A stretch of DNA of 15,400 nucleotides from Epithemia pelagica (GCA_946965045.2 CAMPTO020000001.1:1-15400), one strand, 5' to 3'. Positions 1 to 8,900 are shown, counted from the stretch's first letter. Numbers and translations are program-made. Notes: a model not told the origin generated them from the sequence alone.

Positions 1-549
1 AACCCTAACCCTAACCCTAACCCTAACCCTAACCCTAACCCTAACCCTAACCCTAACCCTAACCCTAACCCTAACCCTAACCCTAACCCTAACCCTAACC
101 CTAACCCTAACCCTAACCCTAACCCTAACCCTAACCCTAACCCTAACCCTAACCCTAACCCTAACCCTAACCCTAACCCTAACCCTAACCCTAACCCTAA
201 CCCTAACCCTAACCCTAACCCTAACCCTAACCCTAACCCTAACCCTAACCCTAACCCTAACCCTAACCCTAACCCTAACCCTAACCCTAACCCTAACCCT
301 AACCCTAACCCTAACCCTAACCCTAACCCTAACCCTAACCCTAACCCTAACCCTAACCCTAACCCTAACCCTAACCCTAACCCTAACCCTAACCCTAACC
401 CTAACCCTAACCCTAACCCTAACCCTAACCCTAACCCTAACCCTAACCCTAACCCTAACCCTAACCCTAACCCTAACCCTAACCCTAACCCTAACCCTAA
501 CCCTAACCCTAACCCTAACCCTAACCCTAACCCTAACCCTAACCCTAAC
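1..549. repeat. Telomere, (CCCTAA)n / (TTAGGG)n, about 91 perfect units, left chromosome end
   Basis: Uninterrupted CCCTAA array from base 1 to ...ccctaac at 549. C-rich strand on plus, the polarity expected for a left chromosome end. Confidence 0.99.
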
Positions 550-1505
550 GATTTCTGGAACAAGTCGGTTTGGAAACTTGGTGAATGTGTAGGTCGTATT
601 TGCTCCAGCATGTGACCCACTTTCCCTTGTACCATCAAATACCAAAAGCTTCGACCGAAAATTTGCTGGGACCATTTTCACATGAATTGGAGGGCCATGC
701 AACAACCACTTCTCTCCAAAATCATAGAAAAACTTGAGTATGGGTTCGTTGACTTCATCTTCGCCGGTAGTGGTTGTCAGAGAAAGCAAATTTTCCATCC
801 GTTCTTGAAAGGTTGCTCCATCTGGCTTGGAAGAGTAGTGTTCCTCCTGAGCCAATGGATGAAACAAAGGAACAAAACAATCAACCATCTCCTCAGATAC
901 CATATGGAAAGTTTGGGTGACCGCTCTCTTTGTTTTCAAGATTGGATCCTCTTGGGAATATTTCATACTGACAGCAGTAATAGATACCAGCCTCCCACAA
1001 GAAGTGACCTGTAATTGTTCCCTCTCAGGCCCAATGGCTCCACAGGAGTTAGGTGAGGAGAGATGACACATATCATTGCTGAGTCTTGTCCAAGAACAGA
1101 CCTCCCCGTGAAGAAGTTTTTTGCGGTATGAGGGTCTTCTTGCAAAATTTGCTCAAGGGACTGCTTTCTTGCAACAAGGAGTCGGTTGTCAGTTGCTGAG
1201 ACACAGACTCCATGTTGATTTAGATGCCGCTGCATGGACCAAAGACTTTCTCCGAATGATTGCTTGCATATGCCCCATCCCATACCAAAGGGTGTCACAA
1301 TTGTAGCATCTAAACATGACAAGCCAATGCCCTGATCGGAACGGATCTTCTTCACAGGCCGTCTCCGGGATGGAGATGGCGTTCCAGGCCCATTGTTGGT
1401 AGCCATTGCTGGTTTGCTCGTGTGCATGGAACAGAGGAAGAGACATAACCAGCCGACTCTCAAGCAAAAGCAAGGATGGGCCTCTTTGCAAGAGTCATAA
1501 TTCAT
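550..1505 (-). pseudogene. A1: 5' fragment of a putative telomere-linked helicase-like gene (N-terminal Zn-finger region), frameshifted and truncated by the telomere
   Basis: ORF 963..1505 is shifted out of frame by a 28-bp deletion relative to A2. My translation of the downstream frame has no stop from ~1085 to the telomere: ...QVTSCGRLVSITAVSMKYSQEDPILKTKRAVTQTFHMVSEEMVDCFVPLFHPLAQEEHYSSKPDGATFQERMENLLSLTTTTGEDEVNEPILKFFYDFGEKWLLHGPPIHVKMVPANFRSKLLVFDGTRESGSHAGANTTYTFTKFPNRLVPEI|VRVR... The ORF track misses it because it never meets a stop. The helicase-family link is inference from similarity to B and co-location with fragment C. Confidence 0.75.
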
Positions 1506-1524
1506 GAAACAACAATGACCTTTT

Positions 1525-1593
1525 GTTGGGCCAATTGAGGTTTTCAGGTGAAGATGTTGGGCCTATTGAGGTTTTCAGGTGAAAATGTTGGGC
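1525..1593. repeat. 31-bp tandem repeat x2.2 just upstream of the A gene (also at 4950..5018)
   Basis: GTTGGGCCAATTGAGGTTTTCAGGTGAAGAT, GTTGGGCCTATTGAGGTTTTCAGGTGAAAAT, GTTGGGC. Confidence 0.9.
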
Positions 1594-1682
1594 GCGAAGG
1601 GGCACGCAGGCAAGCTTTTCGCGCCAAAGAATGGGGGAACAACTAAGAGTGCGGTAATGGTTAGTAATCAATGAAATTTAGG

Positions 1683-1900
1683 ACTCATATTGAATATGAG
1701 TGCTTAGAAATTAGACTTGAGCGGGGCATAGACATTCTGTGCTCATCTGCACAAGGGGCAGTGCTCTTTTGCAACAAAAGGCATATATATCAGTGCTCAT
1801 ATGCACAGATACTATAGCCCCTTGTGCTCATATGCACATGTTCAAATCCTACGGTGTCTAGTACTAAAGACACCCAAAAAAGGCAAATATCCTTAGGGGA
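1683..1900. repeat. Subterminal palindromic motif array and terminus of unit A
   Basis: ACTCATAT-TGA-ATATGAGT at 1683-1701. GTGCTCA(T/C)-type motif GTGCTCATCTGCAC at 1739 and GTGCTCATATGCAC at 1793 and 1824, with a degenerate copy at 1761. GTGTCT-AGTACTAA-AGACAC at ~1855-1874. Ends in CCTTAGGG(GA). Confidence 0.85.
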
Positions 1901-3037
1901 CTCACCGAGTTCTTGAGCGGCAACTCCACATGATTTCAACCTCAAGCCATTCTTCGTCTTAGTGAACAACCTCTGCCAAGAGAACAGTAACACTACCCCT
2001 GAGTCGGACCAACAATAAATCTCACTGTCGAGTACCAACTCTGTCAGGAGTGACCCAAGAACACAATTTTGGAATGCAGTGTCCACAGAGAATCCATCAC
2101 CTTCAACCTGGCAGCAAAAATAGTCCCATCTCTTCCACTGCCTCTGATGCAGGAAACACAAGAGAGAGAGGAGTAGAGGTTTCACTCGTTTGTCATAATC
2201 ATGTCGATGGCTGAAATTCCATGAGTGATCCACATCACCATCATGGAAAGCAAACTAAGCAATCGGACTCCGAATGTCTGCTGGAATCCCCATTACGATC
2301 GAAGTCATCCTGTCCAGAAGGTGACAACCAACCTGATAGAGTCGGTTGATTGCAGTGTTATTTCCTCTCTTATGATACTTGGCTTCAAACATAATTCCTT
2401 GTTCAATGTCTCCAAGGGTATTCTCCAACGTGCCAGGAATCATATTACTCAGTACATCGGGCCACCTTCCCAAAGTGTCGCTTGGATGCAATAATGGTTC
2501 AATCGAACTTGCAAACTCGTTGGGTAACCTGCTGCAGGGCAGCGGCATGGTGAATATTGAATTCTCAACTTGAATTATTGGGGTCCAGTTGGTTTCTTGC
2601 TGCATGGTTTCTCTTTGGGGCCTTGGCATGAAGCATCCTCACTTCAGCTTGAGGAAAGTCTTGGCAATGACTTTGGCACTAGCGCAACAACCAGCAACGT
2701 GCTTCTCGCACAAAAGCTTCACATGAAACATCTTGTCACAGTCACTACAGAAATACTTGATTCTTGTATCATTTGACTCATGAATGAAACAATCAAACGG
2801 TTGGTTGTTGGCATTCTCCACAAGAGTGTGTATTTTGTTACCAAGATGTCTCCCAGGAAAGCGAAAGGACACCCCATGAATTTTGGAGCAGGTCTTGGCG
2901 TGGGGGGCAAGACACTTCATGTTTGCTCGGAAACCACCACCACAGAGCTTACAGACCAAGCCACAGGGTGTGGCAAAGTCCACAAGCCCCAAGTAATCGT
3001 CAAACTCCATGGTGGCTGTTGTCATTCCTATGGTCAA
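1901..3037 (-). pseudogene. B: 5' fragment of a divergent paralog of the A gene, two in-frame stops, truncated at the unit A terminus
   Basis: ORFs 2639..3037, 2255..2629 and 1790..2233 are one frame joined across TGA (2641-2639) and TAG (2257-2255). It aligns by eye to A: TPCGLVCKLC vs KPFGMGCGIC; KLK*GCF vs VTSCGRL; IEPLLHP vs FVPLFHP; RLYQVGCHLL...IPADIRSPIA*F vs FFYDFGEKWLL...VPANFRSKLLVF. After ELGES (~1901) the ORF runs into non-coding unit A terminus. Confidence 0.8.
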
Positions 3038-3201
3038 AATAGGTTTGGGACGTATGACCCTTTGCAGCCAAAAAAGAGGCCCTAAAGAGGGTCATTCACC
3101 TCAAAAACTGAAAAGGCCCTAACACCAGAGATCATTCACCTCAAAATCTTTGAGCGACAAGAAGGAATATGGTTTACTATGGAGAGCTAATGTAGGTTTG
3201 C

Positions 3202-3368
3202 AAATCGACCTTCTTGTGGTGGAAATCGACCTTTTTGTGGTCGCACTAAAAGTTCGCACGCAACAATACAGTGATTCAAAATTGACCTTTTTGTGGTCGC
3301 GCATGTGATTCTACAGAATGAACTTAGTGCGCACGACAAAAAGGTCGATTTCTAGCAAAACCCTTAGG
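3202..3368. repeat. Subterminal repeats and terminus of unit B
   Basis: AAATCGACCTT(C/T)TTGTGGT(CGC) at 3202 and 3223, AAATTGACCTTTTTGTGGTCGC at 3279, and an inverted copy CACGACAAAAAGGTCGATTT at ~3332-3351. Followed by AAAACCCTTAGG (3357-3368). Confidence 0.85.
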
Positions 3369-3990
3369 TCTGTCAAGACGATTCGGATTGGAGGTGGATT
3401 GCTGTGGTGTGTGTGATTGGTGTGTTGAACAATCAAATCAAAGTGGACACTCCAGAGTCAGGGAGAGGGTCAGGAATGAAGACATTGATGCGGAAAAGGC
3501 TGAATCCTATCTGGCAAGGCTTACAAGAGAATGCATTGTGTGCAAGGAGGCAGGATGCAATGGTGAAAGCTGTCTGCCCTATGGAGCATGCTTCAACTGT
3601 GGTCAGCCAGGTCACCAGAGAGGACAGTGCCGAGTTGATTTCCGAACAGTCTTGAGCAACAAGGCCTGCTTTTACTGCTTTGATGTGTTCAGCAGGCGCG
3701 GCTACTAGCAACACCATCCCAGTGCATGTCCTTTACAATGAAGATTGAAGCGGCTGATGATCGATGTATATGAGTCAAGGAAGACCAATGGACAATCCAG
3801 AGCAATGACTGATTTCATGTCCGAAGTAACATGCGACAGCCATTTGTTTCATGCTTTTCTGTGTCAGAGTGTTGAACAACGGATGGGCATGACAGTGACA
3901 CAGACACCTCATGCAACCACAGCAGCCAGACCATCTGTGGCACGACCAGCTCTACCAAGGAATCCATATGCAAAGAAAGCATTCAAGTAG
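3367..3990 (+). pseudogene. C: 3' fragment of a RecQ-type helicase gene (RecQ Zn-binding motif, further Cys clusters, CCHC zinc knuckle), two in-frame stops
   Basis: One frame from the junction: GLSRRFGLEVDCCGVCDWC (resembles the RecQ Zn motif ...L..YFG...C..CDxC), then CIVC...C...C, CFNCGQPGHQRGQC (CX2CX4HX4C), CFYC, RRGY*QHHPSACPLQ*RLKRL...RNPYAKKAFK*. This joins ORFs 3388..3708 and 3745..3990. No ATG and no helicase motifs upstream; the frame starts at CCCTTAGG. Confidence 0.75.
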
Positions 3991-4191
3991 ATCGTATTAA
4001 GTTAGTAGTTACAATGTGTCGGGTTAAAGACCATCATCAAAAGACCCATAGAAGAGTCATCTCACAAAAAATCTAATCACGTCTCACAAAAAAATATTAG
4101 GCCCAAAGAAGGGTCATTTCACACAAAAATCTGACCCAGTCACACTTGAAGTGACGGGAACTGAAACTAGTCGAGCTAGGACTAACTAATT

Positions 4192-4314
4192 AAAAGGCAT
4201 ATATATCAGTGCTCATATGCACAGATACTATAGCCCCTTGTGCTCATATGCACACGTTCAAATCCTACGGTGTCTAGTACTAAAGACACCCAAAAAAGGC
4301 AAATATCCTTAGGG
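4192..4314. repeat. 123-bp partial third copy of the unit A terminus
   Basis: Matches 1776..1898 and 5202..5324 from AAAAGGCATATATATCAG to AAATATCCTTAGGG. Confidence 0.97.
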
Positions 4315-4930
4315 TGACCGCTCTCTTTGTTTTCAAGATTGGATCCTCTTGGGAATATTTCATACTGACAGCAGTCATAGATACCAGCCTCCCACAAGAA
4401 GTGACCTGCAATTGTTCCCTCTCAGGCCCAATGGCTCCACAGGAGTTAGGTGAGGAGAGATGACACATATCATTGCTGAGTCTTGTCCAGCCAACAAGAC
4501 ACCTGCAGGAATATCCAAGAACAGACCTCCCCGTGAAGAAGTTTTTTGCGGTACGAGGGTCTTCTTGCAAAATTTGCTCAAGGGACTGTTTTCTTGCAAC
4601 AAGGAGTCGGTTGTCAGTTGCTGAGACACAGACTCCATGTTGATTTAGATGCGGCTGCATGGACCAAAGACTTTCTCCGAATGATTGCTTGCATATGCCG
4701 CATCCCATACCAAAGGGTTTCACAATTGTAGCATCTAAACATGACAAGCCAATGCCCTGATCGGAACGGATCTTCTTCACAGGCCGTCTCCGGGATGGAG
4801 ATGGCATTCCAGGCCCATTGTTGGTAGCCATTGCTGGTTTGCTCGTGTGCATGGAACAGAGGAAGAGACATAACCAGCCGACTCTCAAGCAAAAGCAAGG
4901 ATGGGCCTCTTTGCAAGAGTCATAATTCAT
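4312..4930 (-). pseudogene. A2: 5' fragment of the A gene, frame intact but truncated after ~206 codons
   Basis: ORF 4280..4930 contains CGIC-x13-HLNQH, YSCRC...CH and CGR. After KRAVT the ORF leaves the A coding sequence (compare A1) and reads into the 123-bp terminus copy (LRIFAFFGCL*). Confidence 0.8.
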
Positions 4931-5326
4931 GAAACAACAATGACCTTTAGTTGGGCCAATTGAGGTTTTCAGGTGAAGATGTTGGGCCTATTGAGGTTTT
5001 CAGGTGAAGATGTTTGGCGCGAAGGGGCACGCAGGCGAGCTTTTCGCGCCAAAAGAGTGGGGGAACAACTAAGAGTGCGGTAATGGTTAGTAATCAATGA
5101 AATTTAGGACTCATATTGAATATGAGTGCTTAGAAATTAGACTTGAGCGGGGCATAGACATTCTGTGCTCATCTGCACAACGGGCAGTGCTCTTTTGCAA
5201 CAAAAGGCATATATATCAGTGCTCATATGCACAGATACTATAGCCCCTTGTGCTCATATGCACACGTTCAAATCCTACGGTGTCTAGTACTAAAGACACC
5301 CAAAAAAGGCAAATATCCTTAGGGGA
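4312..5326. repeat. Direct repeat unit A, copy 2 (1015 bp)
   Basis: Pairs with 915..1900 and carries the extra 28 bp CCAGCCAACAAGACACCTGCAGGAATAT. Confidence 0.97.
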
Positions 5327-5352
5327 TCAAGTCAAGAACCAACTTGACTTGA
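5327..5352. other. Perfect 10-bp inverted repeat at the boundary between mosaic and unique sequence
   Basis: TCAAGTCAAG-AACCAA-CTTGACTTGA begins on the first base after CCTTAGGGGA. Confidence 0.85.
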
Positions 5353-5994
5353 CGAGTGGCGAGACTGACTCTGATGCACCGCTGCTCCACCGATGATCGC
5401 GCCATAAATTTCTGCCCTTTATCAACTGCCAATCGATAGCCCCGAACTTATTCGTGCTGCCAACCAAAGACCAAGCGGCAATATCCGACGAGGAACGAGG
5501 AGACTGGACCTGTCACCGCAGCAGCATCATTGCAGGGTTTGTCATTTTCAATAATTTTCAATGTCACTGAATGTGCCGGATACAAAAGAAACTTTTTAGG
5601 AGGTGGTAGCAGGATTCACCAACTGCTCGTTTTGCTTGGCCAGTAGTTTCGGATGGAGCATCGGAATCTTGCGTCCCTGGAAGCCCTCTTCGATTCTCGT
5701 CAATGCCAAACTATCGGAATCGGTAAGAAGAGAGGGAAGGGTAACGAGATTGTTGTTGCGGTTTGCGGTGGTGGTAAGGTTATCGCTTGGTGGAAAATCT
5801 CTCCCAATGGGTTTGCACCAAGTCAAAGGAGTGCGTCATGGGTCCATCGGTCGCGTCAGGGCGACGGGCGAGGGTTCGGAATTCGGAAAGAGGAAAAAAG
5901 AACCCTGAATACAGGAGGCACTTCTCAAAGACGACACAAACCAACAAGCCACTAAAACTACGTGGATTGGCGGCAACGATTGCCATTCGTCTCC

Positions 5995-8900
5995 ATGGCG
6001 ACAGTGTCATCCTCCCCTTGTCCTCCTCATCAACAACGATTGATCATGACGACCCAAGGGAGATTGGACGAACATGACGATATTTACACTCTACTTCAAA
6101 AGAGAATTTCACAAAACAACCGGACCTTGCAAAAACAGACGGAATCGGTCCTTTATGCGGCAACTACTACGACTACTAACACCACACTGATGAATCACAA
6201 CATGAATTATACCGCTCCACACCATGCTGCATCGCGACATGCTGTGGATGGAGGATCAGCACCGGATCAAAGTCACAGCGTGGCGGGTAGCAGCAAATGT
6301 AGTAGTAAGAGCCGTGAGTTGGGGAGCTTGTGGTGGAGCAGTAACAAGAGCAGTGGTGTCGGTAGCAGTGTTTCCTCCATGACTTTTACCACGCACGATT
6401 CCCGGGCGCAGCAGCACCAGCAACGACAACGCGAGACGGCTCGGCGCATGGCACAAGCCTATCAAAAGGGACAAGAGCAAATGGCGCTCCGGCGCTGGAT
6501 GGCACAGAATACCAAACAACAAGGCTTGGCCACCCGGCGTGAATGGATGCAAAAATCTAGAGAATTGCAACAACAACAGCATCAGCGTATGGCGCAACAC
6601 CACCATTCAGAAGAACATGACGACAGCATTCGAGGACGACCAGGACAAGGAGGCGAGAGTGGCATCTCTGCGCTTTCGAATCGAAAAAGTCAATCCACCA
6701 ATACCACCACGGAACGACGACGGTCATTCCGCATGTCACGTCGCGGATCTACCGGAACCAGTCCTGCAGTCGCACAGTCCCCCAGTATCCAACCAGACAA
6801 CAATGCCAAGTCTTTTTCACCCTCATCTGTCATTGGAACACCCGCAATGGAGGCTGGCTCGGCATCATGGTTCCCTCATTTCAACCACAATCCCGATGGC
6901 AAACCCAACAACACTTTTGGGCAACCCGATGTTACTGTCATGTCAACCAGCAGCCAGAATGAGCACCACCAACAGGATGCTTCTTCTCTAGTATCACGAG
7001 CCACAAGAAAAATGACTCGACGGGGGTCGACTGGCAATTTACCACTTTCATCCCCTGGCACCATGGCCTCGTCGCCAAGCAATCTTTTTTTGTCAAATGT
7101 GCCAGCTCACTCCCAGCAGTCAAAGCACGATCCTGGTCATCATCATTATCCAGATTCTAATGACAACACTACGGAGTCCAGTAACACCTTGTTGTTAGAT
7201 CATATAGGTGGAGAAGAGCCAGCTGACATGGAAAGCGAGACAATGGTCCACGAGTCGGATTCTTCCAGCACTTCAGGGCTGTCAGATGAGCCGACTACCG
7301 TCCTAGGAAAAGATGCAACAACCATACCATTTATCCATCAGGACACAACCCCAGAACCTCCAACGCCTGGTTGTGCTGCTGCTACTACAGATGGTACAAT
7401 CAATCGCGACGATGAGACATTGCTAGAGATGTTGGCCACCCCATTGTCGTCCTCTTCCTTCCTGACAGACAAATGTAAAGAAACGGAAATGGAGCAAATA
7501 ACCCAGCATTCGTCCAAAGAGTCCCAAGCATAGCCACTGGTGGTTGGAAGTGTGTTTGTGGACGACGATCAAGATGAGTTTTATGATTGCTTGTCCGTCA
7601 TTCTGGAAGAGCAAGAACAAGAACCTTGTTCCAGTGACAATGAAGACACTTCTGAGATGGACCATGTGAGTTTGGTACGAGCCATGGAGGCTGGAGATTC
7701 ACCAGTGCTGCTGCCATTGACACTTGTAATGTCCCAAGGTCGAGAAAAAGACGATGGCAGCACAAAAAATCATTCAACGAGTTTTCAGGAAAAAGAACCA
7801 CTTGCAACCTCTCGCGAGGAGTTCGCCGATCCAAAGTGGACCGAATCACCCAAGTCAAACAACACGCTTAAGGACACCAATTTGCAATGCCGACATCACC
7901 AACCACCGCCACTAGCACCCGCCAAAGGGTACGGACAAGTTGCTGTTGTTCCAACGGAGCATCCCAGTGACACAGTGCCCCATTGTGGGACGGAAATCTC
8001 GGGCCCCACCAGATTGCTGAATGACTCCACAAATTTCCCACAACAATTCAACTCGGACCATCCCACAATTGGGAATTCATCGAACCGCAGCCGACAGCAT
8101 CATCTAGATCATGTCGACTCACAGCAGCAACAAGACGATGAATCCAGCAGTGCATGCAAGGATGACACTGGACAGGGTACTTGTGGTCCGATTCTAGCTG
8201 GTAGCCATGATGACTGTGACAAGAAAGACAAAGAACGCAACTCGGAGACGTCCAATGACAACGAACAAGGGGCGTTTGTGGGCCGTCGAAACATGGATCA
8301 TGCGCCTCCAACAAAACCAAACGAGCCATCACCGCCTTTGGGCATACAATCCAAGGAGGAAAGAAGTGCAATAGGTCCACCAGAAGACAAGAAGCATGAT
8401 GAGGAGAAGGAGTACCCGACCGCTGTGTCGGACAAGACTCCCCTCGAAGGAACTGTTGTTCCTCACAAACTAGTGAAATCAGTGACCAGAACCCCTCGTC
8501 TCCAGCGACGCCGCTCCATGGGATCCTCCGTATCTCTAGCTTCCATGGATTCCCAGAAAAATTCTCTTTTCCAAGAAAATATGTCATTGCCATCGTCTTC
8601 ATCTCGAATGGCCGCCAATTATCGACTCTCCGTCGCCAAGCCAACGCATTGCTACGCCAACACGAATTGGTACACCGTCAGGCATGGGCCACCCAAGCGA
8701 GACGACAAAAAATGCCCGAAGACCAAGGGTCCATTCGGAGCATGCCGTCCGTGTCAGTCAGGAGGGGAACCTCGTGCCTGTGCACGCTACGGTTGGTAGA
8801 GATGACAAGGCTCGTGAATTATTGTCACCAAGGCGGTCCTTTGCATTACAACCTCCTGTTGGTCCATTGCAAGAGCCAGAACAGTTGCCTTCAAGTCCAG

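Larger units (their letters stand above)
915..1900. repeat. Direct repeat unit A, copy 1 (986 bp; pairs with 4312..5326)
   Basis: Colinear with 4312..5326 from GGGTGACCGCTC to AAATATCCTTAGGGGA. I counted about 15 substitutions, one 28-bp indel and one 1-bp indel (~98% identity). Confidence 0.97.

Noticed and set aside
682-1491. ORFs 682..1014 (+), 1121..1306 (+), 1189..1491 (-) and their A2 equivalents
   Set aside because: Antisense or alternative-frame shadows of the A reading frame, which is the frame that aligns with B.
1525-1837. Short repeats with spacers resembling a CRISPR array
   Set aside because: Only 2-4 degenerate copies, irregular spacing, no cas genes, and a eukaryotic telomeric context.
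1891-1900. piggyBac end (CCCT... on the minus strand)
   Set aside because: No TTAA target site at any joint and no matching inverted end in the window.
4206-4397. ORF 4206..4397 and the PKDICLFWV... tail of ORF 1790..2233
   Set aside because: Chimeric read-through across joints into the non-coding unit A terminus; not independent genes.
550-5326. Telomeric non-LTR retrotransposon (HeT-A/TART, SART/TRAS, MoTeR type)
   Set aside because: No reverse transcriptase or endonuclease motifs and no poly(A) tails. The CCHC knuckle follows a RecQ-type Zn motif rather than a Gag context. Units are attached by their promoter-side end.
5353-5990. Short ORFs on both strands, e.g. 5596..5826 (-)
   Set aside because: No recognisable motifs, frequent stops and no consistent frame. 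A degraded gene cannot be excluded but is unsupported.
7475-7533. Intron removing the TAG at 7531
   Set aside because: The nearest GTAAAG...TAG candidate is 59 bp, would shift the frame and lacks a pyrimidine tract.
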